From: Candidatus Neomicrothrix parvicella RN1
GTDB taxonomy: Bacteria; Actinomycetota; Acidimicrobiia; Acidimicrobiales; VFJN01
Direction of reading: 5' to 3'
Assembly (NCBI GenBank): GCA_945898515.1
Contig: CAMDIH010000003.1
Coordinates: 991 to 64,990, forward strand
Length of the DNA stretch: 64,000 nucleotides
Part shown: one piece after another, positions 27,624 to 37,449 of the stretch
How positions within the stretch are numbered: position 1 is the stretch's first letter
Layout of the letters: every line of letters starts with the position of its first letter
Position numbers and translations under genes: made by a program
The notes under the pieces: model-generated
What the model was told of the DNA's origin: nothing
The model's database searches: none
Seen by the model: the letters and a program-made list of their open reading frames with translations, nothing else

Positions 27624-29011
27624 TGGGCACGCTCGTCGAGCAGGGCCAAGAGGCGATCGGGCACGGTGGTGAGATCACCGGCGCCGAGGGTGAGACACAG
27701 ATCACCGTCGCGCAACGTGTCTCCGAGGTACGCCACGACATCATCGAGGGAAGGCTGCCAGATCACTGCCTGATCCGGATGAGCCTGCTGCACCGCCGTC
27801 ACCACGAGTTCACCGGTAACTCCGGGCCGAGGAAGTTCACCCGCCGGGTAAATGTCGGTGACCACGAGTACGTCGGCATCGCCGAAGGCATCGGCGAAGG
27901 CGGGCCACAACGCCTCCGTGCGGCTGAAGCGATGCGGTTGGAAACAACACACGATCCGGCGCCAGTTCCCCGCGCGGGCGGCCGCTAAGGCGGCGAGCAC
28001 CTCGGTGGGCAGATGGTCGTAACTGTCCACGAACACCACCCCAGCCGCTTCCCCCCGCACCTCGAAACGCCGGGCCACTCCGCTAAAGCCCGCCATCGCC
28101 CCGACCGCGTCCGCCAGGCCAAGGCCGAGTTGGTGCGCCATCGCTAGTGTGGCGGCGGCGTTGCGGGCGTTGTGCTCCCCCGGTGCCGCCGGCACCACCA
28201 CGTCATATTCGGCATCGTCATGATGTAAACGGAACCCCACCCCCGTGGCCTGCGGGCGGATGAGGCTGATGCGGTAGTGGCTGGCGGGATCGGTGCCGTA
28301 AGTCACCGGGTGAGAAGCGGCCGCCACCAGCGCCTCAGCACCCGGATCATCAAGGCACAGCACCACCGGACCATCCACCGCCTTCACAAAACTCTCAAAG
28401 CCCGCGCGCAGTTCGACCTCGCCCCCCCAGTGTTCCAAGTGATCGGGTTCCACGTTGGTCACGATGGCCGCATCGGCGCCGAGGCGAAGAAACGTCCCGT
28501 CGCTCTCGTCGGCTTCCACCACCAACGGCCCTGCTCCCCCCCAGGTGGCGCTGGTCCCGAGCGCGGCCACGCGTGCCCCCACCAGCCAGCCCGGCGCCCG
28601 CCCCGCTCCCGCCAGCAGGGTGGCCAACATGGCCGAGGTGGTGGTCTTGCCGTGGGTACCGGCTACCCCGACCGTGAAGCGTCGGGCACAGATCGCCGCC
28701 AGCGCGTCAGAGCGGTGCAGCACCGGGATTCCCGCCAGCGTGGCGGCGAGGACGTCGGGATGATCGGCGGGGGTGGCGGTCGAGGTAATCACCGCGTGAA
28801 CACCCCGCAGGTCAGCACCACTGGCCCCGGTATGGATCGTGACCCCCATGGCCGCCACCGCCGCCAGGAATGGCGTATCCGGCACCGGATCGTGGCCGCT
28901 GACCGAGTGGCCCATCTCCACGAGCAGCGTGGCGAGGCCACTCATCCCGGCTCCGCCCACGTTGGTCACGTGCAATCGCCGGGGCGACCCGAGATCGAGC
29001 CCCTCAACCAC
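27620..29011 (-). CDS. murC: UDP-N-acetylmuramate--L-alanine ligase
   Basis: GAGMSGLA and GTHGKTTTSAML motifs. GTG 29011 overlaps the murG 3' end by 8 nt. The upstream part of ORF 27620..29149 was rejected. Confidence 0.93.
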   Translation of the reverse strand: MVEGLDLGSPRRLHVTNVGGAGMSGLATLLVEMGHSVSGHDPVPDTPFLAAVAAMGVTIHTGASGADLRGVHAVITSTATPADHPDVLAATLAGIPVLHRSDALAAICARRFTVGVAGTHGKTTTSAMLATLLAGAGRAPGWLVGARVAALGTSATWGGAGPLVVEADESDGTFLRLGADAAIVTNVEPDHLEHWGGEVELRAGFESFVKAVDGPVVLCLDDPGAEALVAAASHPVTYGTDPASHYRISLIRPQATGVGFRLHHDDAEYDVVVPAAPGEHNARNAAATLAMAHQLGLGLADAVGAMAGFSGVARRFEVRGEAAGVVFVDSYDHLPTEVLAALAAARAGNWRRIVCCFQPHRFSRTEALWPAFADAFGDADVLVVTDIYPAGELPRPGVTGELVVTAVQQAHPDQAVIWQPSLDDVVAYLGDTLRDGDLCLTLGAGDLTTVPDRLLALLDERAQ

Positions 29012-30119
29012 GGCTGTGCTCCTGCACCAGAGCGGCGATGGCGGCGGCGGCGTGAGGCCGCGCCCGCGTGAGTGCCGCACGTCCCATCGCCATCCGACGT
29101 TCCTCATCGGACAAGAGAGCATCCACCTCGGCCACGAGACGCTCGGCATCGAAGTTACCGTCGGGCACCATCACCGCCGCCCCGACCTCTACGAGGTAGC
29201 GGGCATTGCTCGTCTGCTGGTCGGCGGTGACAAAGGGGGAGGGAACCAGCACGGCAGGCAGGCCAGCGGCCGCCAGCTCAAAACAGGTGCTCGAACCCGA
29301 ACGGCACACCGCCAGATCCGCGGCGGCGAGCGCACTGGGCATGTCCTTCTCGTAGATCACCTGCCGGTACTCCAGCGCGCCCGATGCAGGGGGCGTGGCG
29401 GCACGGATCTTGTCCCAGTCGCGACTGCCCACCACATGGTGCACCGCGAGGTTGGGGCGATCTCGCCAGATCGGCAGGGCTGCCACCACCGCCTCATTCA
29501 AACGGCGAGCACCCAGGGAACCACCAAACACGAGCACCACCTGGCGGTCATCGTCGATTCCGAACGCTCGGCGGGCGGCCGCCCGATCACGTTCGGGAGG
29601 CAGGGCGGTGATGTCCTGGCGCACGGGATTACCGGTTACTACCGCTCGGGGCAGGGGGGTGCCGGGAAAAGCCACCGCTACCACCTTGGCGAAGCGGGCC
29701 AGGAAGCGGTTTGCCGCTCCCGGAGCCAGGTTTTGTTCGGCGACCACCAGAGGAACGCGCCAGAGTACCGCCGCTACTCCCACCGCCACGCTGGCGTAGC
29801 CGCCCACCGCCACCACCACCTGGGGTCGCAGTCGGCCGAGTAGGCGCATAGCCCTGAACCCCGCCACGAGAAGTCCGGCGACGGCTTGCACATTGGCCAC
29901 CGTAAGTCGGCGCTGAATCCCCCGCCCCGGCAACAGCGTCGTGGGGTAGCCCGTGGTGGGCATCAGCGTGGCCTCAATCCCCCGCTCGCTTCCCACGTAA
30001 TGGATGGTCTCGGCCCGGTGACCAGCGGCCACCAGTGCGTCGGCGATCGCCAGAGCCGGATTCATGTGACCGGCGGTGCCCCCTCCGGTGACGACGGCGA
30101 AGGTGGCGGCATCGGTCAC
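29004..30119 (-). CDS. murG: UDP-GlcNAc:lipid I N-acetylglucosamine transferase
   Basis: TGGGTAGHMNPALA, GGSLGA, and C-terminal acceptor/UDP motifs. GTG 30119 overlaps the ftsW stop (GTGA). The 132-codon upstream extension of the ORF was rejected. Confidence 0.93.
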   Translation of the reverse strand: MTDAATFAVVTGGGTAGHMNPALAIADALVAAGHRAETIHYVGSERGIEATLMPTTGYPTTLLPGRGIQRRLTVANVQAVAGLLVAGFRAMRLLGRLRPQVVVAVGGYASVAVGVAAVLWRVPLVVAEQNLAPGAANRFLARFAKVVAVAFPGTPLPRAVVTGNPVRQDITALPPERDRAAARRAFGIDDDRQVVLVFGGSLGARRLNEAVVAALPIWRDRPNLAVHHVVGSRDWDKIRAATPPASGALEYRQVIYEKDMPSALAAADLAVCRSGSSTCFELAAAGLPAVLVPSPFVTADQQTSNARYLVEVGAAVMVPDGNFDAERLVAEVDALLSDEERRMAMGRAALTRARPHAAAAIAALVQEHSRG

Positions 30120-31363
30120 CGGGCGGGCGCCGAGACCCGGCGCCGCGGCGGCTTGACCTGCCCCGATTGGACGGGCGCCTGGGCCTGCCGGGCCACGTTC
30201 AGCAGTATGCCCGCCGAGGCCATGCTCACCACGAGGGCGGTGCCGCCGTAACTCACGAAGGGCAGGGGCAAACCGGTGATGGGCAGCATTCCCAATACCG
30301 CGCCGATATTCACGAACGCCTGGGCCCCGAACCACACGGTGATACCCGCCGCCACCAGGGAACCAAAGCGATCTGGGGCAAGGATGACGATGCGAACCCC
30401 CACGATGCACAGGGCCGCGAACAAGCCCACCACCACCAGCGCACCGATAAGCCCGAACTCCTCGCCGATGACGGCGAAGATGAAGTCGGTGTGCGCCTCG
30501 GGCAGAAACCCCCATTTGGCCCGACTACCGCCGATGCCCGCACCCGTCAGCCCCCCAGAGGCCACGCCAACCAGCGATTGGATGTTTTGGTACCCAGAGG
30601 TCTCATAGGTGGCCCAGGGATCCAGAAAGGCCATCACGCGCGCCATCCGATAGGGGGCGGCGACCGCCAACAGCGAGGCCACTGCGCCTCCGCTGATGGC
30701 CACGATGGCCAAGGGACGCACCGGCGCACCGGCGGCGAACAACATGGCGAGAACCACAATCCCCATCACCAGCGTGGTGCCGAGGTTGGGCTCGAGCATC
30801 AGCAGCACGGCGATGACGCTAAACACCGCCAGGGTCGGTCGCACCGTTACGCGCCAGTCGTCCATACGGCGCACACGGCGATCCAGCAGGTTGGCCAGGA
30901 ACAGCACGAGGGCGATTTTGGCCAACTCGGAAGGCTGCAGATGCAGTGGCCCCAAGGCAAACCAGCGGCGGGCACCGTTCACCTTCACCCCCACCCCGGG
31001 CACCAGCACCAAGACGAGGAGGGAAACGCACACCACCAACATGGGCACCGCTAGCTTCCGCCATCGGCGGTAATCCACACGACTGACGCCGAAACAGATC
31101 ACCGCTCCGGCCATCACCCAGAGGAACTGTAAGCGGGCAATATGCCATGACGATCCGTAGGTGTCGAAGGCCGAAACCGACGACGCTGTGAGCACCATCA
31201 TCAGACCGACCAAGTTGAGCGCGGCGATCAAACCAACGAGCCAGGTGTACAGGTTGGAACGGGCCACGGTAGGTGCGGGGCGCGCCGTGGGGTGCCGACG
31301 GCGGGACACCCAAACATCGTCTTGATCCTTGTTCCGGGAGGGCGAGGTACGGCGGGGCGTCAT
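30116..31363 (-). CDS. ftsW: FtsW (SEDS-family) peptidoglycan glycosyltransferase / lipid II flippase
   Basis: About 10 TM helices, with PEAHTDFIFAVIGEE and LPFVSYGG motifs. The ATG overlaps the murD stop (ATGA). Confidence 0.92.
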   Translation of the reverse strand: MTPRRTSPSRNKDQDDVWVSRRRHPTARPAPTVARSNLYTWLVGLIAALNLVGLMMVLTASSVSAFDTYGSSWHIARLQFLWVMAGAVICFGVSRVDYRRWRKLAVPMLVVCVSLLVLVLVPGVGVKVNGARRWFALGPLHLQPSELAKIALVLFLANLLDRRVRRMDDWRVTVRPTLAVFSVIAVLLMLEPNLGTTLVMGIVVLAMLFAAGAPVRPLAIVAISGGAVASLLAVAAPYRMARVMAFLDPWATYETSGYQNIQSLVGVASGGLTGAGIGGSRAKWGFLPEAHTDFIFAVIGEEFGLIGALVVVGLFAALCIVGVRIVILAPDRFGSLVAAGITVWFGAQAFVNIGAVLGMLPITGLPLPFVSYGGTALVVSMASAGILLNVARQAQAPVQSGQVKPPRRRVSAPAR

Positions 31364-32685
31364 CGGGAGTCCTCCAGCCGCGCCGCGACGGCCCGCACGA
31401 AATCATCGCCCCGTTCCCCGTAGGACTGATACCAGTCAAAGGAGGCGCAACCCGGCGACAACAGCACCACGTCACCTGGCTCGGCAACACCAGCGGCGGC
31501 GGCCACCGCCTCGTCCATCGAGCCCACCGGGTACACCGGTCGCACCGCCTCGAAGGCCGCCACCACCTCCGGGGCAGCCTCCCCGATCGCCACGACGGCA
31601 CGGATGTGCGCGCAATCCGCGGCGAGTTCGTTGAGGTCCAGACCTTTGTTGCGACCCCCAGCGATCAGCACCACCGAAGGGAAACTCCGCACCGCCGCGC
31701 GAGTGGCGTGGGGCGCAGTGGCTTTGGAGTCGTTGTACCAGCGCACCCCACCAGCCTCCCCCACCAGGCACACGCGATGGGGGAGGCCCCGAAACGCGAG
31801 GAGTGCTTGGCGTATCCCAACCGAGGTGCCGCCACCGTGAAAGGCCGTGGCCGCCGCCGCCAACGCGTTGGCGATGTCGTGCGGAAACGCCCGGGCCAAC
31901 TCCCTCACCTCGGCCACCACCTCACCGTTTGCCAGCACCAAATCGTCGCCATCGAGGTGATACTGCGCCGAGGGATCGAGACCGAAGGTGACCTGCTGCC
32001 CCGCCGCCCGGCGCAAGTGCTCCCGTACCGCAGGATCATCGGCGTTCCCGATCGCCACATCACTTGAGGTCTGACGCGCCCAGAGGCGTGCCTTGGCCGC
32101 GGTGTAGGCCTCCAGGGAAGCGTGGTGGTCGAGGTGGTCGGGTGCCATGTTCAACCAGGTGCCGACCCCGGGCGCGAAGTCCTGGGAGTGCAGCAACCGA
32201 AACGACGAGGCTTCCACCACAAACACGTCGATGGCCGGGTCGGCGATGGCGGCCACCAGCGGGACGTCCAGATTGCCTACCGCCACGGCTCGCCGTCCCG
32301 ACGCTTCCAGCATCGATCGAGTGAGTTCGGCCACGGTGGTTTTACCGTTGGTACCGGTGATCGCCACCACCGGACGATCATCCCAGCGCTGGGCGAGGTC
32401 GAACTCCGAGAGCACCGGCACTGTTGCGGCTCGGGCGGCGGCAAAGACGGGGTGGTGATCGGCCACCCCCGGGCTCGGTAGAACCGCTGCCATCCCCGCC
32501 ACCAGTCTCGGCCAGTCGCCCTGGTCCGGCGCCTCCACGAGGCGCACCCCCAAATCCTTCGCCAGGGCCCGACCCTCAAGAGTGGGCTGATCGTCCACCA
32601 CCACTGCACTTTCGCCGTGGGTCAACAGAGCGCGGAGCACGGCCTGGGCCGTGCTCCCGAGTCCCACGACGAGGTAGCCGCTCAA
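31360..32685 (-). CDS. murD: UDP-N-acetylmuramoylalanine--D-glutamate ligase
   Basis: GTNGKTTVAEL motif and the Mur ligase middle and C-terminal domains. TTG 32685 overlaps the mraY stop (TTGA). Confidence 0.92.
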   Translation of the reverse strand: MSGYLVVGLGSTAQAVLRALLTHGESAVVVDDQPTLEGRALAKDLGVRLVEAPDQGDWPRLVAGMAAVLPSPGVADHHPVFAAARAATVPVLSEFDLAQRWDDRPVVAITGTNGKTTVAELTRSMLEASGRRAVAVGNLDVPLVAAIADPAIDVFVVEASSFRLLHSQDFAPGVGTWLNMAPDHLDHHASLEAYTAAKARLWARQTSSDVAIGNADDPAVREHLRRAAGQQVTFGLDPSAQYHLDGDDLVLANGEVVAEVRELARAFPHDIANALAAAATAFHGGGTSVGIRQALLAFRGLPHRVCLVGEAGGVRWYNDSKATAPHATRAAVRSFPSVVLIAGGRNKGLDLNELAADCAHIRAVVAIGEAAPEVVAAFEAVRPVYPVGSMDEAVAAAAGVAEPGDVVLLSPGCASFDWYQSYGERGDDFVRAVAARLEDSR

Positions 32686-33716
32686 TCGAGTCCACCGATG
32701 CTGATGAAGTCGGCATAGAACAACCCGAGCCCAATCGCCGAGCAGGCGCCGGCGATCAGCCAGAAGCGGATGATGACCGTGGTCTCGGGCCATCCCCCCA
32801 ACTCGAAGTGATGATGGATCGGAGCCATCCGGAAAATGCGCCGCTTGAACAGCCGGAAGCTACCCACCTGCAGAATGACCGATAACGACTCGGTGACGTA
32901 GAGAGCACCCACGATGGGGAGGAGAAGTTGGGTGTTCAACATCAGCACCAACCCCGCTAATCCGGCGCCGATCGCCAGGGATCCGGTGTCGCCCATGAAA
33001 ATCTGCGCCGGCGCCGCGTTCCACCAGAGAAAACCGGCACACGCCGCCGCCATAGCGGCGGCCACCACAGCCAGATCGAGCGCGTGACTGACCTGGTACT
33101 GCTCGAAATGACGGAAGGCCCAGAAGCCAATAACCATCAAACAGGCGAAGGCGAAGATGGACGACCCTGCGGCCAAACCGTCGAGGCCATCGGTGAGGTT
33201 CACCGCGTTGGTGGTGGCGTAGATCAACAGGACGGCCCACACACACCAACCAGCGGTACCCAACTCCCAGCCGGGAGAGTCCCAACGGGTAAAGGACAAG
33301 GTGGTCTCCACATCGGTCCAGCGCACCGACAGCACGGCGAAGGAGACGGCGACCACCAGCAGGCCCGTCGTCTTGGCTCGCCTACTGAGCCCGAGGTTTC
33401 GTTCGTTCCGGACCTTGATGAGATCGTCGACTAGGCCCACCAGACCCGCCCCCGTGATGCAGGCCATGACGAGCAATCCCGAGCGGGTGAAGAAGAGACC
33501 GCTGCGCACATGGGCGGCGATGTACCCCACCAGTGCCGCCCCGACGATGGCCACCCCGCCCATCGTGGGGGTACCGGCCTTGATGGTGTGGCCCGCCGGT
33601 ACGTCCTCGTGGATGGGTTGTCCCAGGCTCCGGGCGCGCAAGAGATCGATGAGGAGTTTTGTGCCGATAATGGCGACGCCCGCCGCCAGGCATGCGGTGA
33701 TGAGGAGCGCTACCAC
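32682..33716 (-). CDS. mraY: phospho-N-acetylmuramoyl-pentapeptide transferase
   Basis: KAGTPTMGG, NAVNLTDGLDGLA and APIHHHFE motifs. GTG 33716 overlaps the murE 3' end by 7 nt. Confidence 0.95.
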   Translation of the reverse strand: MVALLITACLAAGVAIIGTKLLIDLLRARSLGQPIHEDVPAGHTIKAGTPTMGGVAIVGAALVGYIAAHVRSGLFFTRSGLLVMACITGAGLVGLVDDLIKVRNERNLGLSRRAKTTGLLVVAVSFAVLSVRWTDVETTLSFTRWDSPGWELGTAGWCVWAVLLIYATTNAVNLTDGLDGLAAGSSIFAFACLMVIGFWAFRHFEQYQVSHALDLAVVAAAMAAACAGFLWWNAAPAQIFMGDTGSLAIGAGLAGLVLMLNTQLLLPIVGALYVTESLSVILQVGSFRLFKRRIFRMAPIHHHFELGGWPETTVIIRFWLIAGACSAIGLGLFYADFISIGGLD

Positions 33717-35131
33717 CGGTGCGCCTCCCGCAGCTCACGAAGCACCTGACGGGCCACCACCCGGTCGTCGAAGGGATACTCCTGATCGCCCACCACCTGA
33801 ACGGTCTCATGACCTTTCCCGGCGATGAGCACCACATCACCCGGCACCGCTTCACTCAAGGCCTCGAAAATGGCGGCCGCTCGATCGGCTTGCACGCGCA
33901 CGTTGGACGAGTCGGTGATCCCGGCCTGAATGTCCCTGATGATGGCATCGGGGTCCTCATTGCGCGGGTTATCGGTCGTGATGACCACCCGGTCAGCCAT
34001 GCGGGCCGCCAGGGCACCCATGAGGGGCCGTTTGGTGGCATCCCGATCGCCGCCCGCGCCGAAGACCAGCAGCACCCTGCCCCCCCTTGCCGCTTCGCGA
34101 GCGGCGTCGAGGGCCCCCGTCAAGGCGCCCGGCTTGTGCGAGTAATCCACCAGCACCGAGAACGGTTGGCCTTCATCAATCGATTCAAAACGCCCGGCCA
34201 CGGGCTGAGCCTGACCCAGCCCGGCCACGATCGCCTCGACCGGCACTCCCAATTGCGCCGCCGTGGCCGCCGCCGCGATGGCATTGCTGACGTTGAAGCG
34301 CCCCCCGAGGGGAAGCTCCACGTCGGCCTGACGCCACCGAAACGAACACCGGTCGGCCGTGACCACGAGAGCATCGACGTCGAGGATCGAATACCCATCG
34401 GTGGGCACCAGGTTCCGCCGCACTAACTCGCGTCCGCGTTCGTCGTCAATGTTCACCACCGCCACATCGCAGTAGTCCCGGGTGAAGAGACGGGCTTTGG
34501 TCTCGAAGTAGTCGTCGAGATCGTGGTGGAAGTCGAGATGGTCTTGGGACAGGTTTGTGAACACGGCCACCGCAAACCGGGTGGCCCGAACCCGCCCCAT
34601 TGCCAGCGCGTGGGAAGACACTTCCATCGTGATGGCCCGGCGACGCCGATCTCGTTCCCCGGCCAGGAAAGCTTGCAACTCAGGTGCTTCCGGCGTCGTG
34701 CGGGTGCCGCTGAGCGTGCCCAATACCGTGGTGCCCCACCCATGCGCCTCGAACACGGCGGCGAGCAGATGGGCCGTGGTGGTCTTGCCACTGGTGCCGG
34801 TGATGCCGATCACCGTCAGGTCTCGCGACGGGTGTCCCCAGAAGGCGGCAGCCACCGGCCCCATGGCGTCGCGCACGGAGGGAACGATCACCTCCGGCAC
34901 CCCCAAGGACAGTGGCCGCTCCGCCAGTACCGCAACGGCTCCCGCCCCTACCGCCGCCGCCGCCAGATCATGTCCGTCGACGTGGGCACCGGGCACACAG
35001 CAAAACAGTGCGCCGGGGCTAGCAACCCGACTGTCGTGGATCACGGTGGAGATCTCTGTGGTACCCCAGCGGGGATCGACCAGGGTGGCGGTGAACAGAT
35101 CAGTGGCAGCGAGGAGCGCGTCGAGTCGCAC
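33710..35131 (-). CDS. murE: UDP-MurNAc-L-Ala-D-Glu--2,6-diaminopimelate ligase
   Basis: GTSGKTTTAHLL plus the MurE-specific DNPR motif (VVITTDNPRNEDP). GTG start 3 nt after the ftsI stop. Confidence 0.9.
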   Translation of the reverse strand: MRLDALLAATDLFTATLVDPRWGTTEISTVIHDSRVASPGALFCCVPGAHVDGHDLAAAAVGAGAVAVLAERPLSLGVPEVIVPSVRDAMGPVAAAFWGHPSRDLTVIGITGTSGKTTTAHLLAAVFEAHGWGTTVLGTLSGTRTTPEAPELQAFLAGERDRRRRAITMEVSSHALAMGRVRATRFAVAVFTNLSQDHLDFHHDLDDYFETKARLFTRDYCDVAVVNIDDERGRELVRRNLVPTDGYSILDVDALVVTADRCSFRWRQADVELPLGGRFNVSNAIAAAATAAQLGVPVEAIVAGLGQAQPVAGRFESIDEGQPFSVLVDYSHKPGALTGALDAAREAARGGRVLLVFGAGGDRDATKRPLMGALAARMADRVVITTDNPRNEDPDAIIRDIQAGITDSSNVRVQADRAAAIFEALSEAVPGDVVLIAGKGHETVQVVGDQEYPFDDRVVARQVLRELREAHRW

Positions 35132-35134
35132 CGC

Positions 35135-36970
35135 TCAACCACCAGCAGCGATGGTGGTTGAGGTGGCGGCGGTTGCCCGCACCCGTTCCTGCTCCACCAC
35201 CGCAACAATCTCTTGAGCCGACCCGTCAACCGCACCGGCCGTGGTTACCCTCGGCGGCGGGATTCGCAGCAGGCGCATGCCGTACTGAGCCAGATCGGCG
35301 AACACCGGAGCCGCCACGGTGCCGCCAAAGATGTCGGCCCTGGGCTCATCGATGACCACGATGATCGATAGTTCCGGATTGTCGGCCGGCAAGAAGCCCA
35401 CGAAGTTAGCCACATAGTGGTAATTGCCGGCCCCATCCAGGTAGCCGCCCTGGGGCAATGGCTTGCGGGCGGTACCCGTCTTACCGGCCACGGCGTATCC
35501 CGTGATGCCCCCGCGCTTCCCCGTACCTTCGGCTACCACGTTGGCGAGCATCGCACGCAGTTGACGGGCTGTCGTCGCCGACACCACCCGGCGGGGCTTG
35601 CCCGAGGGAGCCTCATGGCGCTGCCCGGCCGAATCCACGGTGGCCATCACGAGTTGTGGAGGCATGTACAGGCCATCGTTGGCCAGCACGTTGTAGGCCT
35701 CGAGCATCTGCATGGCGGTGACCGCGATGCCTTGACCTATCGGGATCGCCCCGATCGATGTGCCGCTGTAGTCGTCAGGATCGAGGAGGATTCCCGATGC
35801 CTCATGGGGAAAATCCAGGTCGGTGGCCGTCCCGAAGCCGAAGCGCCTCAGGTACGAGTCCAGCCGATCACCACCGAGCATCTGGGCCAACTTGATCGTG
35901 CCGATATTGGAAGACTCCGTCAGGATCCGGGTAACGGAGTAGTCCTCGGTGGGGTGGGGATGGGAGTCGCTGAAGAGATGGTCGCTTACCTGGAGTGAGT
36001 CGGGCACATTGATGAGCGTCTCGGGGACAACGAGACCCTCCTCGAGGGCCGCCGCCACGGTGATCACCTTGTTCACCGATCCGGGCTCGTAGACGGTGGT
36101 GACCGCCATGTTGTTTCCGGTGGCCACTAGTTCGCCGCTCTCGGCATCGCGCTGAAAGTTGGCCAGAGCAAGGATCTCGCCCGTGGCGGGACGTGACACC
36201 ACGACCATGCCGCCCTGGGCGTCCTTGGCCTCGATTTGGGCGCGGAGGGCCCGCTCAGTCTCGTACTGCATCGAACGGTCGATGGTGAGCACGAGATCCT
36301 CGCCGCGCTGCGCCGCTTTGAGTTCGTGCTCGCCACCGGGCAGGGCCCGGCGTTGGACATCGGTCTCGATGATGAGTTGACCCTCAGTACCGCTCAATGC
36401 CTCGTTGTACTGCCGCTCAAGACCGGACTGACCCAGGTTGTCAATCCCCACGCCGCCGAGCACCGAGTGGGCGAGCGAATCCGCCGGGGTAAAGCGCTTC
36501 GATTCTTCAAGGAACGCGATGCCAGGGAGTTTGAGTTTGGCCACGCTGTCGGCCACGGAGTCATCAACCTGACGCGCCACATAGGCGAACTGGGTACCGG
36601 AGTTCCGGCCATCGAGGCGTCCGGCTAGGGCGGTGGTGGCGACGGGGTCGAGGCGCAGCGGTCCGGCGAGTGCCGCCGCTACCTCCACCGGGTGGGCGAT
36701 CAAGGTCGGGTTGGCCCAGATCGTGCGCTGCGCCAGACTCACCGCCAAGTCGTTGCCGTTGCGGTCAAAAATCGACCCCCGCACACCGGGCAGGACGATT
36801 GTCTGCATCCGCTGCGAGGTGCCGAAGTCGGTGTAGCGATCTCCGCCGAGGGCCTGGACATGCACGAGCCGCAACGAGATCCCGCCAAAGCCCAGGAGGA
36901 GAGCAACCAAAATCATGCCGATCCGCCGACGGGGCCGAGGCGCGGCGGCGGTGGAGCGCAGTGACGTCAT
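35135..36970 (-). CDS. ftsI: division-specific class B penicillin-binding protein (FtsI/PBP3-type transpeptidase)
   Basis: TM anchor, dimerisation domain, and transpeptidase motifs including AGKTGTA (KTG). ATG 36970 overlaps the ftsL stop (ATGA). Confidence 0.9.
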   Translation of the reverse strand: MTSLRSTAAAPRPRRRIGMILVALLLGFGGISLRLVHVQALGGDRYTDFGTSQRMQTIVLPGVRGSIFDRNGNDLAVSLAQRTIWANPTLIAHPVEVAAALAGPLRLDPVATTALAGRLDGRNSGTQFAYVARQVDDSVADSVAKLKLPGIAFLEESKRFTPADSLAHSVLGGVGIDNLGQSGLERQYNEALSGTEGQLIIETDVQRRALPGGEHELKAAQRGEDLVLTIDRSMQYETERALRAQIEAKDAQGGMVVVSRPATGEILALANFQRDAESGELVATGNNMAVTTVYEPGSVNKVITVAAALEEGLVVPETLINVPDSLQVSDHLFSDSHPHPTEDYSVTRILTESSNIGTIKLAQMLGGDRLDSYLRRFGFGTATDLDFPHEASGILLDPDDYSGTSIGAIPIGQGIAVTAMQMLEAYNVLANDGLYMPPQLVMATVDSAGQRHEAPSGKPRRVVSATTARQLRAMLANVVAEGTGKRGGITGYAVAGKTGTARKPLPQGGYLDGAGNYHYVANFVGFLPADNPELSIIVVIDEPRADIFGGTVAAPVFADLAQYGMRLLRIPPPRVTTAGAVDGSAQEIVAVVEQERVRATAATSTTIAAGG

Positions 36971-37449
36971 GGAGCGGGTGCCGCCAGCAACGGCTTCACC
37001 GTGGACCAAGCAGTGTCCGCTTCGACCCCTCCGGTCGGCGAGGCCCCCTTGACCTCCGGGGTGGAGGGTTGGAGGTAGACCACGTCTTCAGGAACCACCA
37101 TGCCTTGTTTTTCGGCGGCGGCCACGACGCGACTGGGCGACTCAAGTTCCGCCACATCCTTGCGAAGGGCCTGATAGCGATCCTGTTCGAGGCTGAGTTC
37201 CTCTTCCATCCGGTCAAGGCGCACCTGGCCCTGGGCAACGAAGACCTGGGCGATGGCTACGCCGAAGGTCACCACAACCACCATCAACAGCGACACCACC
37301 ACCAAACCCGGGCTGACGCGAAGGTGGGGGCGCTTGGCAGGGACCACCACGCGCAGGTGTCCGGGGCGAGACGACGGCTTGGGTCGCGCGCTCGGGGAAC
37401 GCGACGGTGCGGCCGAGGACACATGGGCACGAGCGCTGAGCGGACTCAT
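36967..37449 (-). CDS. ftsL: FtsL-like septum formation initiator
   Basis: Basic, Ser/Pro-rich N-terminus, a single TM helix, and the coiled segment LDRMEEELSLEQDRYQALRKDVAEL. The ATG overlaps the rsmH stop (ATGA). Confidence 0.8.
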   Translation of the reverse strand: MSPLSARAHVSSAAPSRSPSARPKPSSRPGHLRVVVPAKRPHLRVSPGLVVVSLLMVVVVTFGVAIAQVFVAQGQVRLDRMEEELSLEQDRYQALRKDVAELESPSRVVAAAEKQGMVVPEDVVYLQPSTPEVKGASPTGGVEADTAWSTVKPLLAAPAP

